DNA of 64,000 nucleotides, taken from the NCBI GenBank assembly GCA_030141605.1, contig JAQGDQ010000004.1:1860001-1924000 (forward strand), given 5' to 3'. Shown in pieces: positions 1 to 19,100 of this stretch (positions are counted from its first letter, which is position 1; each line of letters starts with the position of its first letter). The stretch is from Tubiluchus corallicola (lineage: Eukaryota > Animalia > Priapulida). Position numbers and translations under genes: made by a program. Under the pieces are notes generated by a model. The model saw only the letters and a program-made list of their open reading frames with translations. It was not told where the DNA came from and made no database searches.

Positions 1-541
1 TATTGTCTGTGGGTTTGGGTTATCCCATGTACTTTATGCATCAAACTTGTGCTTAGAGTTACAATGTTCAGACTTTCCAGAAACCGTTTCATTTTTAAGC
101 ATATAACAGTTTCATTGGTCAATTGTAATAACTTGAACTACGCTTGCTCTCCATCACATCATACTAAAGTATCCCCGTCAGAGTTTAATGCAAAATACAA
201 AACAAAAAATACAACAGATTTTCACTGAAAATGAGACTAAATTTTGAACAAAAGTGATAAAAACATTTTCAAACAGGTGTTGAAATTACAGTTACACATG
301 TTTTCCATGATTCCTGCAACACTCTTTTAGCTACTTCTGGGTGTACCACTGCAAGCCTATATAAGGGTTTTCCAAGTTTTCAAGAGACAAGAGATTCAAA
401 TTGCAAAGAAGTTTTGGATTTCATGTGAGTAAGACAGTTTGCTCACATACTGTGGAAATGAGTAAACTTCAATGCAACACTATTTATGATTTCTGCACAT
501 CCATAACAGTAAGCAATCAAATAACAAATTGCTAAACAAAC

Positions 542-694
542 CTCTTCTTTGCACAATTGCTTTTTTGCTTCCTGCTTTTCAATTTTAGCATTAAATTTCT
601 CCAACTTTTCTCTTTTCTTTGCTTCCTTTTTCAGTTGGGATGCGGATTTAACCACACCTTCAGCAGGAGAATTGACTTGTTGTTGATCCATCAT
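542..694 (-). CDS. VARS1: Probable valyl-tRNA synthetase, first coding exon; gene continues beyond the left edge of the window
   Basis: Translates to MMDQQQVNSPAEGVVKSASQLKKEAKKREKLEKFNAK..., resembling the Lys-rich 'K(T/S)AxQLxKEAKKxEKLEKF' N-terminal extension of metazoan cytosolic ValRS. Acceptor ttttAG at 702-701 just before the ATG; GAG|GTttgt donor at 541-540. Only one exon is visible. Confidence 0.65.
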
Positions 695-1884
695 GCTACA
701 CTAAAATATAAATTAACCCAACAATGAATGTTTCAAATGCACAAAAATACATTTAAAAAACAATAAACTGCAATATTTGTGAAAAGAATGTGGGCACGAG
801 ATACCAAACATTCTTATGCCCGATTCGACAAATCATTCCGGGAGTTTTTACACAAAAATTAGCAGACTGGATCTGTAGTGGAGATGAAGCTCAATCTTTT
901 TTTGCAGATCAGACACACATAGGAAGCTGGAAATGTTTTTCAAAATTGTATTCTAATTAACGGCCAAATCCAATCCAAACATTGTATGTATGTATACATG
1001 TAACCTGCCTACACATTTTGAAAATACTTGAGCCACTAGTGCCATTTTCCTGCATAATACTTTAATCATGCAAATTTCATGTTTGAAATTCCATGTTTGG
1101 TTAATAAGTTTGAAAAAAAAGCAGCAAACATGATTAAAAATGAATTATAACAACATATGTACACCAACTAACTTGGGTTTTTTGCACAATCTTTTAAATC
1201 ATTCAAATCATCATAAAAAAATGTGGAACAAGATGCTATGCATCCTGCATGGTTCATAAAATTATAAGTGCATCCAACGACATCATGAAAAAGTGTATAA
1301 CAAAACTTTACTTACTTTTTACTACTTTTTGTGTAACAAAAATGACAGTGTACTATCCCTGTACATGTTAATAAAATTTATTTCTATTATATCTGGTTGT
1401 TTTCGGAGTTTTGCCTATTCAAAATTGTTCATTTCCTAACACATGTAAATAAAATGGTTTTGCATAACAAAGTTCGAAAATTGTGTGCAGCGGTAGAAAT
1501 GATACGCATGCAGTTGCCTATTAACAGCTGTTCCACATCCTCCAACACAAATGCTCTAGACACGACGAAGCACTACACTTTGGCTAAGAGTCAGCAACGA
1601 ATATTCAAGTTTGAAATTTCGAATCAAATTGAAATTCATTTGAAAAGACTTTTTATTTTAATTTGATTTGAACCTCAAATTATGAACTAAAATAATTAAA
1701 CGCACTATCTACTTTCGTTTCTTTGTCATTAAAATATTTCAAATATCATGTAATCACAACAGTTTAGTCATAATTTCTGCACAATATTTTTTAACAAATC
1801 ATTAATAGTTTCTGCAGAAAGACAAAAACAATATACACAACCTTTGCAAGCTGTTGTACACTGCAAATAAGTAGCTTGAATAAC

Positions 1885-2523
1885 AAAATTGTCCATAAGT
1901 CGACAATTAAGCTTTTCTAGTTATTCAAATATCCTGAATCTCCATTTCATGAGGATCATTTTAGTAGGCAGCTCATCGCTCTACGTTATTTCTACGCTGA
2001 GATAACCCATGTTAAAAATAAGATGCAGGCTGCGCACTGAAAAACTTAATCTTGAGAAAATCGCAGGTAAAGTTAGCCAATGTTTTTTGCAGCGTCTCTA
2101 CAAAACACTTAGCAACAGTACAAAAGTCTGGTTGCTATGGACTTTACAAGAGCAAATTGAAGTTACGTTTAAATCCAATAGAAGACTCTTCCTGACGAAG
2201 ATCTGGTCTTGTCAACAGAAAAAATCCGAAGCAAAATGACAGCTTCAATGAGCTACAATCGGAGTTAGAAAATACAAATTCCTTTTACAATTGCGGTACT
2301 AGTTTTTAGAAGGAAAAGTGGGCAAGGCGTTATAAAATTAGATTTTTAGCATTTTTTGGACATTTTCCTGATAATTTGATATATATTAGAATATAAAAGT
2401 CCAATATATTTAGCATCTGTTTTCATGAAAAAATAAAAAATCGACATTTGACCAAATTTTTGGTGCTTTCTACTTTGAAGTATCATAACATAGTTTTAAC
2501 TATGCCGACTTATGGACGGTTTT
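1885..2523. mobile_element. Putative MITE (~640 bp) with ~20-bp imperfect terminal inverted repeats
   Basis: aaaattgtccataagtcgaca (1885-1905) vs reverse complement of 2503-2523, aaaaccgtccataagtcggca. No clear TSD or coding capacity. Confidence 0.5.
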
Positions 2524-2687
2524 AGTTTGCAAGCACACTTATCACTTAAAAACGATAAGTAAAAGTAGATTCATTACAACAGTAAGTGTGACATTCTTAA
2601 TGTTAGCTGCACAATCAGTCACTATAGTGGTAAATTGGTGATGCAATGCTACATGCAGTCTTCGCCATCTCTGAACATTATAATTTT

Positions 2688-5017
2688 ATTGCTGATTCGA
2701 AACTTACTCGAATATCCTTGATACTGAATTCGAATTCAATTCAGATATGAAATTTTGAAATCTGATACGATTCGAATGCCAAAAATTCCATTCCTTTTGC
2801 CAAACTGTGTTTTTTATATATTTATATATGACTATGAGTCCAACAACAATGGATTTATACTAGATATCCTACATTTTTTTATTAAAATTTAATAATACTG
2901 ATTACCATATGAATTATTCCAAACGTAAACCATCTAGCAACAGTTGAATTTAAAAATTATTTTTTTCTATCGTCAAAAGTACTTTCAGAAAATGTTGTAC
3001 TTTGTTAGATTTAGAATTTGCCTTTCCATTAAATTTCGAATTCGATTTCCAGTAGAGTTTGCTCATCCCTACGTGCATACGCGGCGTTTTGCAGTGCACA
3101 AGTACAAAGTGGCCACATAGTACTTTAGATTAGGAAAAACGTACCTTTTCAAAATTTATATACAAACTCTTCTTCAATCTACAGCCAGTCAACTGTCTAT
3201 GTCTTCGTCTGTAGCAGTAAAACAAACTTTCGACTTTTATTTACAAGTGAATGATGAAATGACAAGTAATTAACCAAGTGTTATACGTAACAATGAAATC
3301 GTTCGCAAAAAAGTGAAATTTTAATACTAAATTGCAAGATATTGCTAATAACTAGTGAGTAACGTGGTCAGGCCAGTTGGGCTGGTGACACCTACAGGAT
3401 GAAATTGGAAACTGACAGTTGGTCAAAACGCCAGCTGTATTTGTCGATCCGAGGAAGAAGCTTCCAGTAAATGTAGTTGAGGCAACAAACATTGAACAAT
3501 TTAAGGGACGTCTTGACAAGCATTGGCAACAGAATTCATCAAAATTCATAGATCCCATGTTACCCCAATGAGAACAAAATGTTGTGATGGCATGACCTTC
3601 CTCTATCTGCGGTGGTGCCACTACATTCAAAATTTCAGTTTTAGTTAGCATAGTCGAGGGGCAAACAGCATTTATACTAATACCCCAGCTCTGGATTATG
3701 GAAACTATTATTTGTGTCCGCCAATCACAGAAATTATATGAAATACACACAACCCATAGACTGAAACGGGATGTCTGCAGTACAATATGCGCATTCTGGA
3801 ACGTCCGGCAATAAACACAAGCCACCACTTTTTATTTTCTCTAATAATTGTACACTCATTTTTAATGGCCGTGTACAGGGTTTATAGCAGGTAAAATAGT
3901 CAAATGTTATAAGTAAGAAAAATTTGTAAGATAAAGTGAAGGAAAAAATGGATCAGGAAGTTACAATGCAGAAGTCTTAATAATTAACTAGGTAGATCAC
4001 GAGTAGACTACAAAAGCTTTTCCCAAATCAATTCAGCCATCAAGGAAACGAAGAAGACGTAGATTGCTTATGCAGATGGATTTCACACAAAAACACCTCG
4101 ATGGAGCGCCTTTAATTTTGAAGGATACTAACTTTAGAGAATGGTAAAGAACATACTGTCCGACAAGGCCGGTTATAAGCCCATTTGACCGATTCTTCAA
4201 ATTGGGCGCCGCGCCAAGAGGGGTCCAGCGCACATGCTCCAGCTGAGGGCGCTATAATGAATAAATGAGTGTCCCGTGTGCACGAAGACTCTTGATACTG
4301 TGAATGGTGAATGTACGGAATCTATTTATTCTGACATCGTATATCTATGTTTAATGTTTTTTTACTGATCGTTTGTTTATTTGTTTGTAATTTCAGTTTA
4401 TTATTCCATTTACTTTCTAAAAAGTAACTGGCGAGCCCTAATCATTAGTTGTGCCAAGCGCACACCATGCCTAGCATGTGATTTAGTTTAGTCCTAGCGC
4501 AGCGTTTCGGACTGTTTCTAAGATAACGATTTTTCCCGTGCCGAGGCGTCGATTACTATAGTATATTGGCACATTTTTAAGAAAACTGTCCTTAAACTGC
4601 GAACTTGAAGCCTGCATACAAGCCTACAGAGAAACGTTAATCTAGTTAGAGACTGGTTAGTTAATCTAGAGAGACGTTAATAATAGGCTGGTATTTTAGC
4701 TTCAATAATAATAATTGAAGGTTAAATTAGTAGGGGTGCTGTTTCAGAAAATTACGTTCAAAAATGTTACATTTCCTTCGAACTGCAAGCTCGAGAAGCA
4801 AAACAGTGCGTTTTTTACTTGACAGCTACAACGCCAACGTTTTGCTGGTACCATTCAAAATTAAAGCTATGAATTTTTGTGCACATTCTTATTTTGGTAT
4901 TTTTTTATTACTGATTCAAAATTTATTCGAATATCTTTCATAGAAATTTTGAAACTCGAGACGATTCAAATTCGAAAGCCAAAAATTCCATTTCTGGTAG
5001 CACTTGCTCACCCCTAC
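2688..5017. repeat. Dispersed degenerate copies of a TTCGAA-rich repeat (approx. 2688-2795, 3035-3072, 4908-5017)
   Basis: Shared 'ctgattc..aa.tta.tcgaatatc...gccaaaaattccatt' (2688 vs 4908) and 'ttgctca(t/c)ccctac' ends (3059 vs 5004). Confidence 0.45.
3390..3530 (+). mobile_element. Degraded 3' fragment of a CR1/L2-type LINE ORF2
   Basis: 3458-3527 reads KLPVNVVEATNIEQFKGRLDKHW, matching the 'WNxLPxxVVxAxxxxxFKxxLDxxW' C-terminus typical of CR1/L2 ORF2. Confidence 0.6.
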
Positions 5018-6265
5018 TTGTGCCAAAAGCCTTCATCATACATTCGCAAGTCTTAATTAATCTTAGTTACGAGACCGTTGTGACAAATGTTACACACAGA
5101 GGCAGCAGCTTGCACCAGTATATTACCACCGCTCTAAATTGCTTATATACAAGAATTTACCAATTATCTCCCACTCCCATATCCAATCTAATGTGCATGA
5201 ATTAGTTTTAGGAGTAATTACTAGTGATTGCAGCAACAAAGTTTTTCGCATTGTACATGGGTCAAAAACCATGTTTGTAATTTTTTTAGTAAGTATTTTA
5301 GCCAGGAAAAATAAGAATAAATAAAAAAAGCTGAAACCCTAAATATATGACAATGGTTAGTAGTCATGCTTTCAACGGGAGTCATGCATGTGGTTTTCAT
5401 GTTATTCGTTAAATATAGGTGGAAAGCTGTGCAACCTGCTAAACGCTCCTCCGTGAGTTCACTTGTTCTGATCTCAAAATCTTACTATTATCTTTATGAT
5501 TTTCATTTACAGATAACGTATAAGTGCCTATTATCTTAGCTAAGACTAACTCTGAATACGATGAACCAGTGAATGGAAGCCTGGTGGAAAATCTCTATAA
5601 TGTTAGAAACTTTTCGTTTAATCTAAGAACCAACGAATTTCAGAAAACAGCTATCTAGAAGCAGCTAGAAAACACTGTTTTTCAAAGAAATATTATAATG
5701 ATAACAGGAAATTAGGAAGAAAGTGTAGATTAAGATTTTACAAAAGTATAAAATACACATACCATACTGAGCCGTACCACACAGAGCCGTTTTTATACCT
5801 ACAGGCTATAAATACATGTAATAAATTGCATAGGCGTAACAAAATCACGTCAGCAAAAAATAAAAGACTCTGTTCCCACTGTATCAGTAGTAGAGACAAT
5901 TGCAAAACCCAACAGAGGATGGACCACACCTATTCGTGTTTGAATGCCATGCATAATAAAAAAAATCAGGCGAAAATATGAAAAATTATTTCATTTTTGT
6001 ATGTATACATGTGTTAATTTATTGAAGTACTTTGCGTGTAGCTCATTAAATATATGTACTCATTTGTATTGTACTCTGCAGTCTCCACTCTTCAGCCATG
6101 TGTAGAAATGAACAGATTTGAAGTGAATTGTTGTAGTTGCAAACAACTGACTTAGCGCCGCAACACGTAGAAATGATGCCAAGTAAACATGTCAACCGCC
6201 TTTTGAGTATTCTGCATGCTGCACACTGTTCCATGTGCAAAATTAGTCAGATTAATTACTGAGTC

Positions 6266-12131
<5,866 letters not shown>

Positions 12132-14999
12132 ACATAGGCCTGTTATATTCCTGTGTCTGGTACTTGCCATTTATATGGAAGTTGTACAGCTTGCATAGAA
12201 AGGCCCGATAATACAATCATGTTTAAATTTGTGTAAGGTGGCATTAAGCTGCTATATGCAACACAGTAACAAATGGTTTTGATTAGTCTGCAATAGCCAG
12301 AATTATGTTCACTCATTATTCACGGTTTTTTTATTTTTAAAGCAATAGTTTTGTTTCAGAGAGCTGTTAACGTGAATTTCCTTCACATCATGCGTGTATT
12401 AGTAATGATAGTAGTAGAGATGTATTAGAAGTGAACGAAAGTAGAAACCTAGATTTAAATTCGAGGCGTCATAGATCCTTCTCAAGTAAAGTAAAATTGT
12501 TTATTATTATTATTAACTTTCTTTCTTTGTTTGCCTTGCAACACACAATTTACTCATGGCAGCTTCACGAAGCACATTGCAAATGAATTAGAACAAGCGC
12601 CTGACAGATTTTAGTAGGTTTTAGATTTTGCCAATAATGCATTGTAGCAAATTAAAAAATTATCTTGTTAACAATCATGTTAGTTCAGTTTGTTAGCTCA
12701 AAAAAGGGCGCTGATTGGATACAGCTGCCAAACTTTCAGGTACAATTCTTTAAGCCATTCTAGCAGCGTTTTAGATATTTTTATAAGATTTAGCCTTAGC
12801 AGACTGAACTATATAGAGAGAAATTGGTGTTGTATCTTATTTGGCAAATTCAAGATGCTAAACACTATTTCTGAAAATGTAACAAATGTAACTATATTGG
12901 GCATATTATTCCTTAATGAGCTTACGGTAGATTTGTTATTGAATGGGAGTGACAGCTTTGCAGAGTATGAAATTTCTGTTAAGTAATGTAATTGAATTTC
13001 TTGAGTGAAGCTGGTTTAGTGATGATTGCGGTTGTTAATGTTGTATATAAATTTACGATAAATATTCGTACCAACTTTCTTTGAAAATTAGATATAAAAT
13101 TCAATATACGTAGCTTGCCAAAGGCTTATACTAACCTTGGAAACTGAGACAAACATTATTATTGTAATTACACTGTTATTTTTTGAAGCTCATCAACACT
13201 GCAGACAACTTTAAATTGGCTTGCCTGTTGTTTCATGGACTGTAATATATGTAGCATGTTGTTATAATAACAAATACTTATTTAAACAAACACAATTTTA
13301 TTTTTTAAATTCATTTTGTTTTCATTTATTGTTTACTTGTCTTGAAGTTTTGCATATTTCTGTATTACCACACAAATAAAAATGGGTAATACATAGGTTC
13401 AGAAGCATTTTTGTATTCTCCATTAAGCAAAAACCAATGGTATCTGCCAAGGCTTACCTAGAGCTACTTCAGGAGTGTCCTCTCTCTCTACAGCATTACG
13501 TGTCATGAAAACATGATGATGTTTCTGACATTATGATTATGACAAAGAAATTATAAACCATTAAGCGAACAACAATTATCGACATGCAAATTAGACAATG
13601 ATATTTGCCTAACGTACACATTTTGTATACAAGTTTTGTGACACATTTCCGCTATTCTGAAAGCACCGTTGCTATCCTCTGAAAAGTGCCACCTCGGCGG
13701 AACCCTCCCTGCTATGCCACTGACGCCTATACAAATGCAAAATCTTGTTATAGGATTAAGGAATTAATTTTCTTGTTTTCTCCCGAATAAGCTATCTAAA
13801 ATGTGTGTTTTCTGTGACATGAGTAAATTTCACACCAGAACTGAAACACTGTCTGTGGCTTGATTTTTTGATTTAATGGCCTTTGCAGTTTTGCAGTGCT
13901 GGGTAATTTATTGCTCAATTGCGACTGTACTGTAGAAAAAATTCGTATGATCAAAATAGTGACCAAAGTGCTTACCCTCATTATATTGTAATTACTGTAA
14001 ACTGCTGTTTCTTCCATGTACATGTAGTATCACAACCGTGCGTGATAGCCATTTTACATTAATAATGGATTAAACCTTCAATTATTGCATTTTTGGTACC
14101 AGACTTAACCAAAAGAAAACGTAAAAAGGCCAGTAATGAACCTGGATTTGAACTTAGGATTGCTATACAACTGCATCACCACTAGATAAGTATAATAAAT
14201 AATTAATTAGCTACCTACTATCAAATTATACTAGGATTCTTTTCGGTCTTTTTCACTTTAGTTAGTATGAGTATATATTTATTTATCACAGGAAGAAAAA
14301 CACAGTGCATAAAACGATAATATGATGCAATGTAACAAAGTTATTGTAGTCACAGAAAACACTGTAAACAGAGGTTAATACCACTGAATGCTTTATTAAC
14401 ATAATCAGTATGTCCAGTATAACATAAATGTTCAACAGCTCCCATAAGTGGATTAACCTGACTGTTCAGAGCACAGCTGTGTAATGACAGACAGGTGACT
14501 AGCAGGTAACAAACAGAAAAGCTGGCCAAAACCAAAAGCTTTACATTCACGTCACAGATGGCGCCTCGTGCACGATAAGTAAGATTAACAAAAAGAATGC
14601 TAAGTCTGCTACAGTTATTATGATGATTAATTTATCTGAGATATGATATTAAACTAATTGGTGAAAGGGTGGCGAAGAACTAAAAGTTCTCAAAGTCAGT
14701 CATCAGATAGGCCTACTGTACCCAGGAACTGCCCCTGCTAAATGCGTTGCTGACTTCTCGTTTAGAACATTCTAAGCAGACTGGGTATCCGCACGCAAAT
14801 TCATCGTTCATCCTTTCACGAATTACAGAGTATAATTTTTAATTATAACGGTAACGCAGTCGTTGTTTTACTTAGAAATGTTTGCCTTAATTGGCCCACT
14901 TTTAACTATAGATATGTTAAATACATTGTCAATAGGTAACAGAGTCCACTTGTTATTGCTTCTAAATCTGTCGATGATATTTTTTTACTACAATGAAGT

Positions 15000-15510
15000 A
15001 CTTGTAGTCTATTTTGCTTCTTTGTTTGTTCGCTTATTCTCACATTGTACCTTTATTCATTCGCTTAGTCATTCATCTTTTACTCGTTGCATTTAGCCTA
15101 CTTATCTGCTCCATTCACTCGTTTTTTAGTCAGTCATTCGCTTTTTCATCAATGCGCTTATTTTTGTGTCTTTTTTCATTTATGTACACTTTTTTGTCTT
15201 TCAGTTATTCAGTTTTCATTTCGAAACTTTTTTGCCTACACACAGTTATTTTCTTACTTATTTGCTAATTCAGTTATTCCGCATTCCGTAATTCGTTACA
15301 TCAATCATTCTGCTTATTTTTCACTCTAATTTTTGCGTCTCGTTTGAAACATTCGTGGTGGCGCCGTGATATCCTGCACTGCATGCAGCCATGTATTCAT
15401 GATAATTTATTCATTGATTCATTCGCTCATGAATTTAATTAGTTACTAATTAATTTACTATTTTACTAGATCATTTATTCATTCATTTTTACACTTCATT
15501 TTTTCAGTTT
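15000..15510. repeat. Low-complexity (ATTC/ATTT)-rich decayed microsatellite region
   Basis: Recurrent attcattc/ttattc words and strong T skew; generates spurious F/L/S-rich ORFs. Confidence 0.5.
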
Positions 15511-16106
15511 CTCTCCCCTTCGAGCTTCGTTTCTTTTTTTATTTAGTTTGTACGTCGTTACGTCAGCTAAAATTATTGAGCCATTCATACACCAAGTTAG
15601 ATATTTTTCTTACTTTACATTTTAGGCGTTAACGGGTAAAAAGATGTGGTAACGTTAACGGGTTTTAATTTTAAAGTTGGTCTAATAAAAGTGAAGAACT
15701 ACGGGTGTGTTTCGAAGTTTGAATAATTACAATGTTTTACAGTACTATGATATACGATTAACTAAGTTACTAGTTTGCTGAAGGTAAGAAATTCTAGAGC
15801 TGGACCTATACTGTATGCCTTCAACTTCCTGTTGATAAATAGGCGAAAAATTAACAGGCGCAATTGCCTTTCAATAGAAGATGATTACATGGGTAATTAA
15901 CTTGTTTTCATTAACTAGTTAGTAGTTACCAAATGTCCAATGCAAACTGTTGACAGTCACCAAAAACTTCGGCTGATATTTGTGTGATTCAGTTTTGCAG
16001 GATGAACTAGCAGTGTTAACATCAAATTACCTACAGTAACTGGTAAAAAGTGTATTAGTAACAGTACTCAAGACGGACCGATAACTATCACCTATTCTGC
16101 GTTGAG

Positions 16107-19100
16107 ATGTATAGGAAAATTTTCCTGTTGCTATGTCTGCTGAGTTATTGTAAGTTTATTTGTTTTTTACATTTCGTGTCACCATTATATAATTTTTTAC
16201 TTTAGCCCTCGCGTAGTTAAGTCTAGTAATCCAAAGTCCCCAGCCAGGTATAAAATTAATGGCTTACAAATAAAAGGAAACAACAATATAGTATGTAATG
16301 TACAAACTACGTAAGGATAGTCATGATAAATTGGACACAAGGAAAACTATTCAGTCCATGCCTACTTTACTAGCTGAATATACCACTTCGCGTAAAAGTG
16401 AACAATGTGCGTATAAAAGTCGACGGATCAATTAGTAGGAAAATAGTAGGAGCAGCCATTCCTTATGGATATTTAGTGTAATGGCAGTCACCTACTCATT
16501 GTGCCATTAGCAACACCCTTACAGAGCCTTGAGTGATGATGGACAGTTCCTCTCTGAGCATGCCTAGTAATTGCTGACTGTGGAATTGTATTAACCTATA
16601 TAATCTAAGAAAGCTAGCTTAGGCAGTGTATCAGTTACTGTCAACACCGCCGCATTTGTAAATAGCCACATAGTTGTATCAATAAAATGTTTACTTTCAT
16701 ACACCTTCTGGTATTTATGCAACTAATATTACATTAGTTACAAGAGACGAACTAGCCGTAAGAGATAATATGGGATAATATGGCACTTAATTTTGCATCA
16801 TTTGAGATAGATCGAATGCTGCTGTATTTTTGATACGTTTAACCATATAGACTGTTTCTTTATTTATTGCACATTGCAAGACAATGTATAAGGGTTTGCA
16901 AAAATAAATCTGAAAACAATATGTTAGGTATGATTTAGGGCGACTCCGTTAATTCGTAATTCTTTTTACCTTGGGGTGCCTAGTACTAGCTTATTTTATA
17001 AGCCACTTAAATGATTCTTTACGTGAATACCTCTGTACTACCTGGCAGATCATGCAGGCTTATCAGACCCAAGATGACAATCTGGGTGGTTAACGTCTAA
17101 GTTTCCGACAGGGGGATGGAATTTATTTTCATATTCCCCAGCAATAATCACATATGGAAAAACATTCAAAACATAAAAGGGCCAGGCTCTAGGAATGAAC
17201 TTGATTATTGAGCGTAGACGATGACAGCCGAACAGTAGTATAATTAAAATGACGGTGCAGTACACCTGCAAAAACTAAAGCAAATGTGTGACTGTGTTAG
17301 AATATAGTATGTTTATAGTTGAAATAGTATAAACATAGTATATGTTTATAGTTGAAATAGTATAAAAATTTTGGTAAATTTTTTATGTATCGCTTATGAC
17401 TATTTATTGCAGGACAAGAACCTCAGTAATTATCAAAGATAATCTCCAATGTGAGACACTGAACAAGCAGAAATGCTTTAAGTAGCTTGGAATGCTTGCG
17501 CATGTTCCTTCAACTAGAGAATTAGCCATAGAGATTAATGGCAAGTAGATCGAGTATTGAAACTTGTACTCAACAACCATTCTCTATTATAAATGAAACC
17601 CGCCGTTCCATGTCTTTCTCAGCTTCAACTAACTCACCCTGACTGCTTGACTGTTCTTCTAGCCAGGGCCTATTTCAGCCTAGGCGAGGCCCGGGGAAGT
17701 GGGGGGGGGGGTGAGGCCCCATCGGGGGAGGAGGGCGGTGCGCCGGAGGCGGGTATGCCGGAGGCGGGTGCTACCGTGGTTGGCACCCAGAAAATTTTTG
17801 AACTGCTAGAACGCCGGAGAAGCATTTTCGAAAAGAAAATATGGAGGAGTTGTACAGTTGTTAAAGGAAAGAACAACTGAAAGAAAAACTGCTTTATTCT
17901 TAAAACAAGCCCAAGACCAGCCCTTAATACTTGTCAATACTAGCGCCTGCGGCAAGAGAGAGGGAGGGAGAGAGGCGGCAGTATGTTCGCATAAAGCAAA
18001 AAAATGTTACCTTGGTGCGAGGCCCCCTGAAGGGTGAGGCCCCGGGGAATTATCCCCACTCCCCCCCCCCTTGAAATAGGCCACGCTTCTAGCCCCCTGC
18101 TAAGGTTCATTATGTAACAAAAGCCTCATTCTGTAACAATGCAGCATTATTAATTTTATGTTAAAAAATGCTGTATTGTGTAACAAAGCACAAAATTGTA
18201 TCGCATTTTAATTTTTTTACCTCAAGTAACAACCATTATGCAACAACTCTTGCGTCATTATCTAACAATCATTATGTAACAAAAATGATGCATTATGTGA
18301 CAGGATGTCCATGGTCTATGGTCAGGTCTTGCCACAGTCTCGGTAACTGATGCTTACTCACGATCCTCTTCGTTGCTGTAGAACGACCCTGCACAAATGT
18401 GTCTGCGAGGTCACACTTCACTGTGATTTTTGTTTGAATTTCAGATTCGCTGCTGTTTTCTATATCTTCCAAATATTTAACTCCCATATCGTTTCGATAT
18501 TCCATTGCAGCTTTGACATACTGGCTTACTTGTTTCAATATTTCATTATTTAAGCTGGATACATACCCGTTTGTTACATTCCACTTTCTTATTTTAGTTA
18601 ATATGACACACTCAAACAAATAATAGTGCGTTGAATCTTGTTCTACACTACATAATGGACATCCTCAGTTATTAACATTCTTACAGTTTGCTTTTACTAC
18701 TATCATACTGGATCGCACTTTCATTAGAGCATTATAGTTGCTTTCAGCTCTAGATGTGGGTCTGACTATGCCTTGGTCTGGTTCAAACTGTGGCTGGTCT
18801 GTTGGGAATCAGGTCTGCTTGATGTCTCATCTACCAGTGGTCTGTCTGAGTTACCAAAGATCTATTATTGGCTGAGTGTGATTGGTAATAATTACACTGA
18901 GAATCGTTCTATGAGTAATTTATGACATGTCTGTCTAGGGACCTGATCTGTCTGAGATTGATCCATAAGTGGTCTGCTTGAAATTTGATCTAACCGAGGT
19001 CTTTTTTGTGGTTGGCTTATTTGAATCAGTTAGTTCCGGTTATATGATGGATTTATTATGACTGAGGTCTAATCTGCCAGCGGTCTGATCTGACTGGGTT

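Noticed and set aside
3352-3828. 158-aa minus-strand ORF
   Set aside because: Partly antisense to a CR1/L2 LINE remnant; no recognisable domain.
4000-4270. Possible retroelement 3' fragment
   Set aside because: Too degraded to assign any family by eye.
14863-15329. Overlapping hydrophobic ORFs resembling membrane proteins
   Set aside because: Products of T-rich low-complexity (ATTC)n sequence.
17050-17271. Minus-strand ORF with a good acceptor (tttttgcAG) and a hydrophobic start
   Set aside because: No partner exons or recognisable domain; cannot be supported as a nested gene.
17593-17880. Gly/Pro-rich ORFs on both strands
   Set aside because: Arise from the GC-rich arm of the hAT MITE.
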